The position numbers and the translations under genes are program-made. Of a stretch of DNA of 64,000 nucleotides, positions 41,844 to 51,978 are shown piece by piece. Under the pieces are notes generated by a model, which was given only the letters and a program-made list of their open reading frames with translations, was not told the DNA's origin and did no database searches. The DNA is taken from NCBI GenBank assembly GCA_046327955.1, contig JAXLXP010000006.1, forward strand, positions 82,977-146,976, written 5' to 3'. Origin of the DNA: Candidatus Binatia bacterium. GTDB lineage: Bacteria; Desulfobacterota; Binatia; DP-6. The stretch's first letter is position 1; every line of letters begins with the position of its first letter.

Positions 41844-44636
41844 ATGTATACTCCGCCGGCGATGAATGGGTTCGCCCGCCGGCTCGTCCGGCATCCGGCG
41901 ACCGTCCTCGTGGCGGCCGGTCTCGTGACGGCCCTCCTCGGGGTTGCGGCCTCCCGCATCCGCGTCGAGAGCTCGCTCGAGAGCGTGCTCGCCGCGGGGG
42001 ACCCCGAAGCGGACTACTACGCGCGGGTCCGCAGCCTCTTCGGCGGCGACGACGTGGCGGTGGTCGGCGTGCTCGCCGACGACGTGCTCGCGCCAGCGAC
42101 CCTCGAGAAGATGGCGCGGGTCACCGACGCGCTGGCGAAGATTCCGGGCGTCGAGCGCGTGATGAGCCTGACCAATGCCGTCGATCCGGCTGCCGACGTG
42201 GTGGCGCCGCCACGGTTGCTGCCGCGCATCCCGCCGACGCCGGACGACACCGCCGCGGTGCGGCAAAAACTCGCGGCCACTCCCCTCTACCGCAAGAACC
42301 TCGTGGCCGACGACCTCCGTGGCGCGGCGATCAACGTCGTCTTCCGTCCGCTGACCGACGCCGAGTACCACGATCGCGGCATCGACGCGGCGATCATGCG
42401 CGTGCTGGCCGCGGAGCCGGGGCCCGAGCGGTTCCTCTACACCGGGGCGGCGCACGTGAAGCAGGCGGCGGTGACCCTCATGCAGGAGGACCTGCTGCGG
42501 TTCACGCCGTGGGCGCTCGGCCTGGTCGCCGCCGTGCTCGGGCTCGCCTTCCGGACCCGCCGCGGCGTCGTCCTCCCGCTCCTGACCGTGCTGCTCGCCG
42601 TCCTGTGGACGCTCGGCCTCATGGAGGCCACGGGCCATGCGATCACGCTCGGCACGTTCATCCTCCCGCCCCTGCTGCTCGTCGTCGGCAGCTCGTACGC
42701 GATCCACGTCATGGCGCGCTACTACGAGCAGGTGGAACGCGAGGCGCCAGCCGACGAGCTCGTGATCCGGGCCATCGAGCGCGTCTGGCCGCCGCTGGTC
42801 ATCTCGGCCTTCGCGACGGCGGTCGGATTCGGCTCGCTGATGGTGAGCCGCATTCCCGCCATCTGGGAGCTCGGCTGCTTCGCGGTGGTCGGCGTGGCGT
42901 GCCTCACGGTGAGCTGCCTGACGTTTCTGCCGGCGGCGCTGGCGGCGCTCCCGGCGGAACGAACGCGGGCGCGTCGGGGAAAGGTGGGGCCCGGCCTCGC
43001 CCCGTTGCTCGCCCGACTCTCCCGGCTCGCGCACGACCGGCGTACGGCGATCTTCACGGTGGCGGTGATGCTGGCGGTGGCGGCGCTGGTCGGTATCCGG
43101 CGGATCACCGTCGACTCCGATTTCGTCGCGTACTTCACCCCGCGCTCCGAGGTGCGGCTCGCCAACGAGGCCGTCAACCAGCACATCGTGGGCAGCAATC
43201 CCTTCTACGTCGTGATCGAAGGCACCCCGGGCACGCTCAAGCGGTGGGAGGTGCTCAAGCTCGTCGAGGACCTGCAGCGGTTCCTCGACACCGTGCCGGG
43301 GATCACTTCGTCGATCTCGCTGGTCGACTACCTCGAGCTCCTCGAGGCGGGTCTCAACCGCGCCGGCGGGGAGGACCTCGTCGTCGACGAGCAGGGAAAC
43401 ATCCGCCCGGCGGAGAAGCCGAAGACGTTCTGGGAGGATCCGAAGAGCCTCGATCCCGTGCTCAAGATGGTCGCCACCAGCCCGGCCACGTTCAAGAGCG
43501 TGGTCACGGCCGATTTCTCCAAGGCATCGGTCCTGGTGCGGACGCGGCTCTCGGCCTCGCGCGCGGTCGAGGAGACGCTCGCCCGCGTGCGCGAATACGT
43601 GGCCGCGCACTTCCCGGCCGACGTCGGTGTGCGGCTCACGGGCAACCTCGTGCTGCTCACGGGGACGACCTCCGACATCGTGCGCGATCAGGTCGAGAGC
43701 CTCGGGCTCGCGCTGGGCGTCATCTTCGTCGTCCTGTCGACGATGTTCCTGTCCGGGAAGATCGGCCTGCTCGCGATCCTGCCGAACGTCCTGCCCGTGG
43801 TGCTCTTCTACGGCGTGATGGGCTGGCTCGGGATCCAGCTCAACTTCGGGACGAGCCTCATTGCCGCGATCTCGCTCGGCATCGCGGTGGACGCCACGAT
43901 CCACTACATGGCCCGGCTCAACCGCGAGCTCGCCGGGGAGATCGACCAGCGGGCCGCGATCGGCCGAGCGCTCGAGACCGTGGGCGTACCGATCATCTTC
44001 ACGACGGTGGCGCTCTTCCTGGGGTTCCTCACCTTCGCGTGCTCGAGCTTCGTGCCGATCCAGAGCTTCGGGATCCTCTCCGGCGTCACCATGGCCGCGT
44101 CGCTCGGGACGAACCTCGTCCTCCTGCCCGCGCTACTCGCCACCACGAAGATCATCACGCTCTGGGACCTCGTGGCCGTGAAGCTCGGCCGCGACCCGAC
44201 CCGCACGATCCCGCTCTTCGCCGGCCTGCGGCCGACGCAGGCGCGGGTGGTCGTGCTCATGGGCGAGATCAAGCGCTTCCGGCCCGGCGAGACCATCGTG
44301 CGCCAGGGCGATCCGGGGGACGAGATGTACGTCATTCTCGACGGGCGGACGGAAGTCTGGGTGTCGCAGGCCGACCACCGCCAGCGCATCTTCGAGCTGC
44401 GACGGGGCGACGTGTTCGGCGAGATGAGCCTGGTGCGCCGCGCCGAGCGGTCGGCCGACGTGGTGGCCGCCGACGCGGTCGAGGTGCTCGCGGTGAGTGA
44501 GCGGTTCCTCGAGCGCCTGCGCCGCCGCTACCCGCGCATCGCCTCGCGGCTCTTCCTGAACCTGACGAGTGTCCTGAGCGATCGCCTCCAGTCGATGAAT
44601 GCGCGCTTCGTCGGCCGCACCGGGACCGCCTCCTGA
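41844..44636 (+). CDS. MMPL/RND-superfamily exporter (HpnN-like, two 6-TM bundles with sterol-sensing-domain-like regions) fused to a C-terminal cyclic-nucleotide-binding (CAP_ED) domain
   Basis: 930 aa from ATG 41844 (ATG 41862 alternative); 12 predicted TMs and two large periplasmic loops; C-terminal FRPGETIVRQGDPGDEMYVILDG...GDVFGEMSLV...RSADVVA cNMP-binding signature. Confidence 0.8.
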   Translation: MYTPPAMNGFARRLVRHPATVLVAAGLVTALLGVAASRIRVESSLESVLAAGDPEADYYARVRSLFGGDDVAVVGVLADDVLAPATLEKMARVTDALAKIPGVERVMSLTNAVDPAADVVAPPRLLPRIPPTPDDTAAVRQKLAATPLYRKNLVADDLRGAAINVVFRPLTDAEYHDRGIDAAIMRVLAAEPGPERFLYTGAAHVKQAAVTLMQEDLLRFTPWALGLVAAVLGLAFRTRRGVVLPLLTVLLAVLWTLGLMEATGHAITLGTFILPPLLLVVGSSYAIHVMARYYEQVEREAPADELVIRAIERVWPPLVISAFATAVGFGSLMVSRIPAIWELGCFAVVGVACLTVSCLTFLPAALAALPAERTRARRGKVGPGLAPLLARLSRLAHDRRTAIFTVAVMLAVAALVGIRRITVDSDFVAYFTPRSEVRLANEAVNQHIVGSNPFYVVIEGTPGTLKRWEVLKLVEDLQRFLDTVPGITSSISLVDYLELLEAGLNRAGGEDLVVDEQGNIRPAEKPKTFWEDPKSLDPVLKMVATSPATFKSVVTADFSKASVLVRTRLSASRAVEETLARVREYVAAHFPADVGVRLTGNLVLLTGTTSDIVRDQVESLGLALGVIFVVLSTMFLSGKIGLLAILPNVLPVVLFYGVMGWLGIQLNFGTSLIAAISLGIAVDATIHYMARLNRELAGEIDQRAAIGRALETVGVPIIFTTVALFLGFLTFACSSFVPIQSFGILSGVTMAASLGTNLVLLPALLATTKIITLWDLVAVKLGRDPTRTIPLFAGLRPTQARVVVLMGEIKRFRPGETIVRQGDPGDEMYVILDGRTEVWVSQADHRQRIFELRRGDVFGEMSLVRRAERSADVVAADAVEVLAVSERFLERLRRRYPRIASRLFLNLTSVLSDRLQSMNARFVGRTGTAS

Positions 44637-44661
44637 GAGCCGCGGCCGGCATTGCCGCGTC

Positions 44662-45228
44662 ATGGCCGTTCGCGTAGGGTCCGGCGCCGTGGCCGGAGGG
44701 GCCGATTTCTCCGCCGTCTCGCGGCGGTGGCTGCTCAAGTACTCGCTCGGCGCGGCGGGCTTCGCGCTGATGGGTGGAGCCGGCGGACTGCTCGCGATCC
44801 GGGGCGGTGCGCCGGCGGTCGCGGGCCTGCGCTGGCTCACCGCGCAGGAGCACCGCACGCTCGCCGCGCTGGCGGGGGCGTTGTATCCGCCGAGTCCCGC
44901 GTTCCCGGTCGGCGCGAACGACGTCCACCTGGTGTCGCGGATCGACGCCTTCGTCGCGGATCTGGCGCCCTGGGATCAGCGCGATCTACGCCGGGCGATC
45001 GTCCTGCTCGAGTACGGGCCGGTGCTGTTCGAGCGGCGCGCCACGACGTTCCGGCACCTCGCGGAGGAAGAGCGGGCGGCGCACTTCGCGCGCTGGTCGG
45101 TGAGCGACAGCCAGCTCCGCCGCGAGGTCGCGGTGGCGTTTCGCCGGCTCCTCGCGCTCATGTTCTTCGATCGACCGGAGGTGTGGCCGCACGTCGGCTA
45201 CGACGGTCCATACCTCACGCGGGAGTAG
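44662..45228 (+). CDS. Gluconate 2-dehydrogenase subunit 3-family small subunit with Tat signal
   Basis: 188 aa; twin-arginine motif SRRWLLKYSLGAAGFAL; immediately precedes GMC oxidoreductase. Confidence 0.65.
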   Translation: MAVRVGSGAVAGGADFSAVSRRWLLKYSLGAAGFALMGGAGGLLAIRGGAPAVAGLRWLTAQEHRTLAALAGALYPPSPAFPVGANDVHLVSRIDAFVADLAPWDQRDLRRAIVLLEYGPVLFERRATTFRHLAEEERAAHFARWSVSDSQLRREVAVAFRRLLALMFFDRPEVWPHVGYDGPYLTRE

Positions 45229-45235
45229 GGCGGTC

Positions 45236-46765
45236 GTGGCCGGAACCGTCGTCGACTGCTCGCGTGAGCGCGTGCCCGAGCGGCTCTCGGTCGAGGTGTG
45301 CGTGATCGGCTCGGGCTCGGGCGGGGCGACCGTGGCGTGGGAGCTCGCCGCCGCTGGGCGCGAGGTCCTCGTCCTCGAGGAGGGGGGCGACTACACGGGC
45401 CCGGCGCTCACCGAGCGCGAGACCGCCATGTACGACCAGCTCTACATGGATCGCGGCGGGCGGACGACGAGCGATCTCTCGGTGAGCGTCATGCAGGGGC
45501 GCGTCCTCGGCGGCGGCGGAGTGGTCAATGCCTGCGACGTCGTGCCCATTCCCGACGGCGTGCTGCGGCACTGGCAGCGACGGTACGGGCTCACCGACTT
45601 CGCCCCCGCGGCGTTGGCACCGTATCGCGACCGTGCGCTCGCGGATCTCTCCGCGAACCGCCCGGACGAGGCGCAGCTCAACCGCAACAACCGGCTCCTC
45701 CGCGCCGGGGCGCAGGGCCTCGGGTGGCGCGGCGAGGTCATGCTGCACAACCGCGTGGGGTGCGCGGGCATCGGCGCGTGCCTGATCGGCTGTCCGCTCG
45801 ACGCCAAGCGGAACCCGCGCTTCGTCGCGATCCCGCGCGCGCTCGAGGCTGGCGCGCGCTTCCTCACCCGGGCGCGCGCGGTGCGGCTCGAGGACGCCTC
45901 GTCGGACATCAAGACGATCCACGTCCGCCGGCTCGACCCGAAGGGCTATCACGAGCAGGGTGAGCTCACCGTCCGCGCGCAGATCGTGATCCTGGCCGCG
46001 AACGCGATCGCGTCGGCGCAGCTCCTCCTGCGCTCGGGGCTGGGGAACGCGCACGTCGGTCGCCATCTCACGCTGCAGCCCCAGCTGCCGATCCTCGCGC
46101 TCTTCGACGACGAGGTGCGCTGCTTTCGCGGAATTCCGCAGGCCTACGCGATCACCGAATTCGAGAATCTCGACGACGCGCAGCACGGGTGGTGGGGTTT
46201 CCGGATCGAGGCGATCGGCGGGACGCCCGGCGTCGTGGCGACGAGCATGCCGGTGTACGGGCCGCGCGCCAAGGAGATCATGACGCGCTTTCCGAACGCC
46301 GCGATGGCGCTCCTGCTCACTCCCGACGACGGGGTGGGGCGCGTCACGGTCGAGGCCTCGGGGCGGTTGCGCATCGGGCACGAGCTGACCGACGAGCATC
46401 GTGGCCGCCTGCGGCAGGCGGCGCGGGCGGCGGCGCGGCTCTACCTCGCGGCCGGCGCGCGCGAGGTGCTGCTGCCCGTCGCGCCGCCGGTCTTCGTGCG
46501 CTCCGAGGCCGACCTCGCCGCGCTCGACGGCGTGGACCTCCGGCCGGCCACCGCCCCGCTGATCAGTGCGCACCAGCAGGGTACCGTGCGCATGGCGCCA
46601 TCCGAGCGCGACGGCGGCGCCGACCCGGATGGGCGGGTCTACGGGACGCGGGACGTCTACGTGTTCGACACGTCCGGGTTCCCGTCGAGCGCCTCCAGCC
46701 ATACGATGGCGCCGGTCATCACGGTTGCCCGGTTCCTGTCGGCGCGCCTGCTCGCGCGGGCGTGA
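45236..46765 (+). CDS. GMC-family FAD-dependent oxidoreductase (dehydrogenase large subunit)
   Basis: 509 aa, GTG start; FAD motif VCVIGSGSGGATVAWELAAAG; C-terminal catalytic GTVRMAP...FPSSASSHTMAP. Confidence 0.85.
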   Translation: MAGTVVDCSRERVPERLSVEVCVIGSGSGGATVAWELAAAGREVLVLEEGGDYTGPALTERETAMYDQLYMDRGGRTTSDLSVSVMQGRVLGGGGVVNACDVVPIPDGVLRHWQRRYGLTDFAPAALAPYRDRALADLSANRPDEAQLNRNNRLLRAGAQGLGWRGEVMLHNRVGCAGIGACLIGCPLDAKRNPRFVAIPRALEAGARFLTRARAVRLEDASSDIKTIHVRRLDPKGYHEQGELTVRAQIVILAANAIASAQLLLRSGLGNAHVGRHLTLQPQLPILALFDDEVRCFRGIPQAYAITEFENLDDAQHGWWGFRIEAIGGTPGVVATSMPVYGPRAKEIMTRFPNAAMALLLTPDDGVGRVTVEASGRLRIGHELTDEHRGRLRQAARAAARLYLAAGAREVLLPVAPPVFVRSEADLAALDGVDLRPATAPLISAHQQGTVRMAPSERDGGADPDGRVYGTRDVYVFDTSGFPSSASSHTMAPVITVARFLSARLLARA

Positions 46766-46845
46766 GGCGGGCCGCTGGACAAGGGCGGCCGGGGTCTTGC
46801 TATGTTCCCCATCGTGAACCGGACGGACAGCGTGGCTGACGGGGG

Positions 46846-48153
46846 GTGGCGATGAGCCAGCGCAAGAAACTCGCGATCCTCGTGGGGGGCGGCCCGGCGC
46901 CGGGGATCAACAGCGTCATCAATGCCGCCATGATCCGGAGCGCGCTCGAGGGCGTCGACGTGCTCGGCATTCGCGACGGGTTCGAGTGGATCATGCACGG
47001 CAACATCGAGCACGTGCGCCCGCTCACGATCGAAGAGGTCAGCCGCATCCACTTCCGCGGCGGGTCGTACATCGGCATCTCGCGCGCCAACCCCACCTCC
47101 GACCCGCAGCACCTCGAGAACACGGTGATCTCGCTGCTGCGGCTCAACGTGTCGCAGCTGATCACGATCGGCGGCGACGACACCGCGTTCTCGGCGATGA
47201 AGCTCGAGGAGAAGTCGGCCGGGCGCATCCGCGTCGTGCACGTGCCGAAGACGATCGACAACGACCTCGACCTCCCGCCGCACATCGACACCTTCGGCTT
47301 CCAGACGGCGCGGCACGTCGGCGTCGAGATCGTGAAGAACCTGATGGTCGACGCCGAGACGACGTCGCGGTGGTACTTCGTCATCGCGATGGGCCGCAAG
47401 GCGGGCCACCTCGCCCTCGGCCTCGGCAAGGCGGCGGGGGCGACGCTCACGCTGATCCCCGAAGAGTTCGGCACCGAGAAGATCGGCTTCAAGGCGATCG
47501 TCGACACCCTGGTCGGCGCGGTCATCAAGCGGCTCGCCTCGGGCCGGCGCGACGGGGTGGCGGTCGTGGCCGAGGGCGTCGTGCTCGGGCTCGACCCCTC
47601 GGAGCTCGCGCACCTCGAGGACGTCGAGCGGGACGCGCACGGGAACCTGCGCATCGCGGAGGTCGACATCGGGGAGATCCTCAAGCGCGCGGTGCAGAAG
47701 CGCCTGAAGGAGTTCGGCATCAAGACGACGATCGTGGCCAAGAACATCGGCTACGAGCTGCGCTGTGCCGACCCGATCCCCTACGACATGGAGTACACGC
47801 GCGACCTCGGCTACTGCGCGGCCAAGTACCTCCTCCAGGGTGGTGACGCGGCGATGATCTCGATGCAGGGGGGGCACTTCGTGCCGATCCCGTTCGCGCA
47901 GCTCCTCGACGTCAAGACCGGCCGCGCGCGCATTCGCCTCGTCGACGTCCACTCGACGCGCTACGCGATCGCGCGCCGCTACATGATCCGGCTGCGGCGC
48001 GACGACTTCGACGACCCGCACGAGCTCGCCAAGTTCGCGGCGACCGCCGGCGTGTCCCTGGCGGAGTTCCGGGACCAGTTCGCCTACCTGATCCAGCTGG
48101 AGCCGCCGCCGCTCGACCTCGCGCCGCACCCCGCCGCCCCGTCGCCGAGCTGA
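46846..48153 (+). CDS. pfk: 6-phosphofructokinase (PFK-A family; ATP- or PPi-dependent)
   Basis: 435 aa; GGPAPGINS, IGGDDT, PKTIDNDL, MGRKAGHLAL motifs. Confidence 0.85.
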   Translation: MAMSQRKKLAILVGGGPAPGINSVINAAMIRSALEGVDVLGIRDGFEWIMHGNIEHVRPLTIEEVSRIHFRGGSYIGISRANPTSDPQHLENTVISLLRLNVSQLITIGGDDTAFSAMKLEEKSAGRIRVVHVPKTIDNDLDLPPHIDTFGFQTARHVGVEIVKNLMVDAETTSRWYFVIAMGRKAGHLALGLGKAAGATLTLIPEEFGTEKIGFKAIVDTLVGAVIKRLASGRRDGVAVVAEGVVLGLDPSELAHLEDVERDAHGNLRIAEVDIGEILKRAVQKRLKEFGIKTTIVAKNIGYELRCADPIPYDMEYTRDLGYCAAKYLLQGGDAAMISMQGGHFVPIPFAQLLDVKTGRARIRLVDVHSTRYAIARRYMIRLRRDDFDDPHELAKFAATAGVSLAEFRDQFAYLIQLEPPPLDLAPHPAAPSPS

Positions 48154-48164
48154 CCCCACGCCGC

Positions 48165-48752
48165 TCAGTGCACGATCAGCACCGGCGTGCGCGTGCCCGT
48201 GATCACGCGTTGCGCGAGGCTGCCGAGGCTCCCGACGGCGAGCGCGCCGCGCCCACGGCTGCCCATGACGAGCAGGTCGACGCCCTCGGCGGCGGCCAGG
48301 ATCGCTTCGAGCGGGGGGCGGGTCTCCACGCGCACCGTACACGAGACCTGCGCGCTCTCGCACAGGCGGCGGCAGCGGTCGAGCTGCGCGCGCGCGTCGT
48401 CCGCGAGGGCGTGCTCCGCTTCCTCGGCGACCGCGTCGATGCGGCTGCCGACGCTGGGCCGCAGCCGCAGGGCGCGCAAGGTGCTGGTATCCACGGCGGC
48501 GAGGAGCGTGATCTCGCCGTGCGTCGTGGCCGCGAGCGTCGCGGCCAGCTCTGCGGCCCGCAGCGACGGCCCGGAGCCGTCGACCGCGACGAGGAGCCGC
48601 CGCGGGAGCTGCGGGAGCTGCGGCAGCGGCTCGCGGGCGACCGTGTCGGCGCAGCGTGTCGAGCAAAACCGCCGCGGGCTTCCACCCACCGTCAGCTCGA
48701 TCGCGACGCGCTCCGGCACCGGATCACTGCACGCACTGCACTTGACGATCAT
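48165..48752 (-). CDS. TRASH/YHS-like zinc-ribbon domain fused to a universal stress protein (UspA) domain
   Basis: 195 aa from ATG 48752, which overlaps ppsA stop (ATGA); CSAC-x20-CSTRC fits the TRASH pattern; Usp motifs LVAVDGS, LVMGSRGRG. Confidence 0.7.
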   Translation of the reverse strand: MIVKCSACSDPVPERVAIELTVGGSPRRFCSTRCADTVAREPLPQLPQLPRRLLVAVDGSGPSLRAAELAATLAATTHGEITLLAAVDTSTLRALRLRPSVGSRIDAVAEEAEHALADDARAQLDRCRRLCESAQVSCTVRVETRPPLEAILAAAEGVDLLVMGSRGRGALAVGSLGSLAQRVITGTRTPVLIVH

Positions 48753-51154
48753 GGCTGCACTCCCATCTCCCGTTCGAGCTCGGCCACCCGCAGCCGCGTC
48801 CGCACCGCGACGTCCGTGGACAGCGAGAGGCTGTCGATGCCCGCCCGGACGAGGAGCTCCGCGATGCTGGGGTGGTCGCTCGGCGCCTGGCCGCAGATCC
48901 CGATGTGGCGCCCCGCGGCGTGCGCGCCCTCGATCGCCATCAGCAGGGCCCTGCGCACGGCGGGGTCGCGCTCGTCGAAGACGCGGCCGAGGACCTCCGA
49001 GTCGCGGTCGACCCCGAGAACGAGCTGCGTCAGGTCGTTCGATCCGATCGAGAACCCGTCGAACCGTTTGGCGAACTCGTCGACCAGCAGCACGTTCGCG
49101 GGGATCTCGCACATGACGTACACCGCGAGACCGTGCTTGCCGCGTTCGAGGCCGTGGCTGGCCATCTCCGCTTGGACGCGCTCGGCCTCGTCGATCGTGC
49201 GGCAGAAGGGGATCATCACGACGACGTTCGTGAGCCCCATGTCCTCGCGCACCTTGCGGATCGCCCGGCACTCGAGGGCGAACCCCTCGCGGTAGGCCTC
49301 GTGGAAGTAGCGCGAGGCGCCGCGGAAGCCGATCATCGGGTTCTCCTCGTGCGGCTCGAAAAACCGGCCGCCGAGGAGCCCGGCGTACTCGTTGGTCTTG
49401 AAGTCGGAGAGGCGGACGACGACCGGGCGGGGGAAGAATGCGGCCGCGATGCGGGCCACGCCTTCGGCGAGGCGTTCGACGAAGAAGGTGGCGCCGTCGG
49501 GGTAGCCGCGCGTCCGCGTGGCGATGTCGCGCCGCGTGGCATCGTCGGTGCGCTCCGGGTGCACCAGCGCCATCGGGTGGATGCCGATGCTCTGCGTGAT
49601 GATGAACTCCTCGCGCGCGAGCCCGACGCCGTCGACCGGCAGGAACGAGAGCGCGAAGGCCTGCTCGGGGTTGCCGACGTTCACGAAGATCTTCGTCCGG
49701 GTCGCCGGCAGCGTGTCGATGCGCAGCTGGTCGCGGCGGAACGGCAGCGTGCCGTCCATCACGACGCCGGTCTCGCCCTCGGCACACGACACGGTGACCG
49801 CCTGGCCGTCGCGCAGCATGGCGGTGGCGTTGCCCGTGCCGACGACGCACGGGATGCCCAGCTCGCGGCTCACGATCGCGGCGTGACAGGTGCGGCCGCC
49901 GCGATCCGTCACGATCGCGGCGGCGTGCTTGAGGATCGGCTCCCAGTCGGGGTCCGTCATCGCGGTGACGAGCACCGAGCCCGGCGCGAAGCGCGGCATG
50001 TCGGCGGCGCTGTCGAGGCGTGCCACTGGCCCGGCGCCGATCTGTGTGCCGACCGCACGACCGGTCACCACCACCGGCCCGCGCTGCTCGAGCGCGAAGG
50101 TGGTGAGCGTAGCGAGGTCGCGCCGGGCGTGTGCGGTCTCCGGGCGCGCCTGCACGACGTAGAGGCGCTGCGTGCGGCCGTCCTTCGCCCATTCGATGTC
50201 CATCGGCCGCCGCTCGCCGGCGCGCCGGCTGTAGTGGTCCTCGATCGCGACCGCCTGGCGCGCCAGCTCGAGTACCTCGTCGCGCGTGAGCACGAACTGC
50301 TCGCGCAGCACCTCGGGCACGGCCACGTTGCGCGTGCCGCGGCTGCCGCCCTGGTCGTAGACCATGGCGACCTCCTTCGAGCCCAGGCGGCGCGAGATCT
50401 CCGCCATCGTCGGCTTGAACACGAGATACTCGTCGGGGTTGGCGACCCCCTGGACGATGTTCTCGCCGAGGCCGAAGATCGCGGTGACGAACACGACCTT
50501 GTCGAACCCGCTCTCGGTGTCGAGCGTGAAGATGACGCCCGAGCCGGCCAGATCCGAGCGCACCATCTTCTGGACGCCGATCGAGAGGTAGACCTTCTCG
50601 TGGTCGAAGCCGCGCTCGGCACGGTAGGAGATGGCCCGGTCGGTGAACAGCGACGCGAAGCAGCGCCGGCACGCGTCGAGCAGGGCGGGCATGCCGCGCA
50701 CGTTGAGGTACGTCTCCTGCTGGCCGGCGAAGCTCGCCGTCGGCAGGTCTTCGGCGGTAGCGCTCGAGCGCACCGCGACGTCGGTCTCCTCTTCGGCGGA
50801 CTGACGCGAGAGCGCCGCGTACGCGGCCTCGACCTCGTGGACGAGCGCGTCCGGCAGCGGGGCCTCGCGCAGCACCTTTCGCGCGGCGGCGCCGCCGGCG
50901 CGGAGCGATCGCACGTCACGCGGGTCGGTGTGCGCGAGCGCGTCGCGCAGCGTGCTGCGCACGCCCGGGCCGTCGAGGACGGCGCGATAGGCGTCGGACG
51001 TGAGGGCGAAGCCGTCGGGAACGCGGACGCCGAGCGGGCCGAGCGCGCGGATCATCTCGCCGAAGGACGCGTTCTTCCCGCCGACGAGCGGAATGTCGTC
51101 GAGGGTGAGGCTGTCGAACGTCCGAACCAGCTTCCACGACCCGGTACGCGTCAC
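48749..51154 (-). CDS. ppsA: Phosphoenolpyruvate synthase (pyruvate, water dikinase)
   Basis: 801 aa; PEP-utilizer phospho-His region GGRTCHAAIVSRELGIPCVVG; C-terminal PEP/pyruvate TIM-barrel motifs. Confidence 0.95.
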   Translation of the reverse strand: MTRTGSWKLVRTFDSLTLDDIPLVGGKNASFGEMIRALGPLGVRVPDGFALTSDAYRAVLDGPGVRSTLRDALAHTDPRDVRSLRAGGAAARKVLREAPLPDALVHEVEAAYAALSRQSAEEETDVAVRSSATAEDLPTASFAGQQETYLNVRGMPALLDACRRCFASLFTDRAISYRAERGFDHEKVYLSIGVQKMVRSDLAGSGVIFTLDTESGFDKVVFVTAIFGLGENIVQGVANPDEYLVFKPTMAEISRRLGSKEVAMVYDQGGSRGTRNVAVPEVLREQFVLTRDEVLELARQAVAIEDHYSRRAGERRPMDIEWAKDGRTQRLYVVQARPETAHARRDLATLTTFALEQRGPVVVTGRAVGTQIGAGPVARLDSAADMPRFAPGSVLVTAMTDPDWEPILKHAAAIVTDRGGRTCHAAIVSRELGIPCVVGTGNATAMLRDGQAVTVSCAEGETGVVMDGTLPFRRDQLRIDTLPATRTKIFVNVGNPEQAFALSFLPVDGVGLAREEFIITQSIGIHPMALVHPERTDDATRRDIATRTRGYPDGATFFVERLAEGVARIAAAFFPRPVVVRLSDFKTNEYAGLLGGRFFEPHEENPMIGFRGASRYFHEAYREGFALECRAIRKVREDMGLTNVVVMIPFCRTIDEAERVQAEMASHGLERGKHGLAVYVMCEIPANVLLVDEFAKRFDGFSIGSNDLTQLVLGVDRDSEVLGRVFDERDPAVRRALLMAIEGAHAAGRHIGICGQAPSDHPSIAELLVRAGIDSLSLSTDVAVRTRLRVAELEREMGVQP

Positions 51155-51181
51155 GTGCGCCTCCTTCCCGGCGCGCGCCGC

Positions 51182-51370
51182 TCAGGCGCGGGCGACCAGC
51201 GCGGCGAGCCGCTGCTCGATGTTGCGAAGGTGCTCCGCGTCCTGGGCGAGCGCGTGCTGCAGGTCGCGCTTCTCCGTGCGCACCAGCTCGGCGTCGACCT
51301 GCTGGATGTGGCGCGTGAGGTGGCCGCGCAGGAACCGTGCCTCCTCGACCGAGAGCTCCAGCGTCACCAT
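51182..51370 (-). CDS. Hypothetical small helical protein (62 aa)
   Basis: ATG 51370 with GAGGAGGGA RBS; between CBS gene and ppsA. Confidence 0.4.
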   Translation of the reverse strand: MVTLELSVEEARFLRGHLTRHIQQVDAELVRTEKRDLQHALAQDAEHLRNIEQRLAALVARA

Positions 51371-51392
51371 GGTCCCTCCTCGTTGCCGGTCG

Positions 51393-51824
51393 TCATGCCG
51401 CGCGGTGCGGTGCCTCCCGGCGGAGCAACCCGCCGATGAGGGCGAACTCCTCGACCAGCAGCCCGATGACGTCGTCGAGCGTCACGATGCCGAGCAGCTT
51501 GCCGGCGCCGTTCACGACCGGCAGACGGCGCATGCGCCCGGTGCGCATGTGGCCGAGGGCCGCCTCGATGGGCGTGTCCTCGAGCACCACCGTCGGCATG
51601 GGAGTCATGGCCTCTTCGACCGGGGTGCGAATGGCGTCCCGTCCGGCGGCGACGATGCGAACGGTCACGTCGCGGTCGGACAGCAGCCCCATCGGCCGTC
51701 CCTGGTCGTCCACGATCACGACGGTGCCGACCTGTCGGTCGCGCATCCGGCGCGCGACATCGAGGACGTTCTCCTGGGGGCTGGCGGTGTCGACCTCACG
51801 GATGCAGATGCGCCCGACGGACAT
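51393..51824 (-). CDS. CBS-domain pair protein
   Basis: 143 aa from ATG 51824 (AAGGAGG RBS); two CBS motifs (VGTVVIVDDQGRPMGLLSDRDV, LPVVNGAGKLLGIVTLDDV). Confidence 0.8.
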   Translation of the reverse strand: MSVGRICIREVDTASPQENVLDVARRMRDRQVGTVVIVDDQGRPMGLLSDRDVTVRIVAAGRDAIRTPVEEAMTPMPTVVLEDTPIEAALGHMRTGRMRRLPVVNGAGKLLGIVTLDDVIGLLVEEFALIGGLLRREAPHRAA

Positions 51825-51978
51825 GCTGGCCTCCTTTTGTGCTGCCATCCTGCTCAGCAGCGACCGTGCCAGCCCTCGGGCGGGCGTCGACGGGCGTCCG
51901 GCGCGTCCCGGATTCCCGAACTTGGCATCCGCCCCGGGAGGATTCTCCCCGCCGTGAAAACCCGCGGACTGCGGCGGG

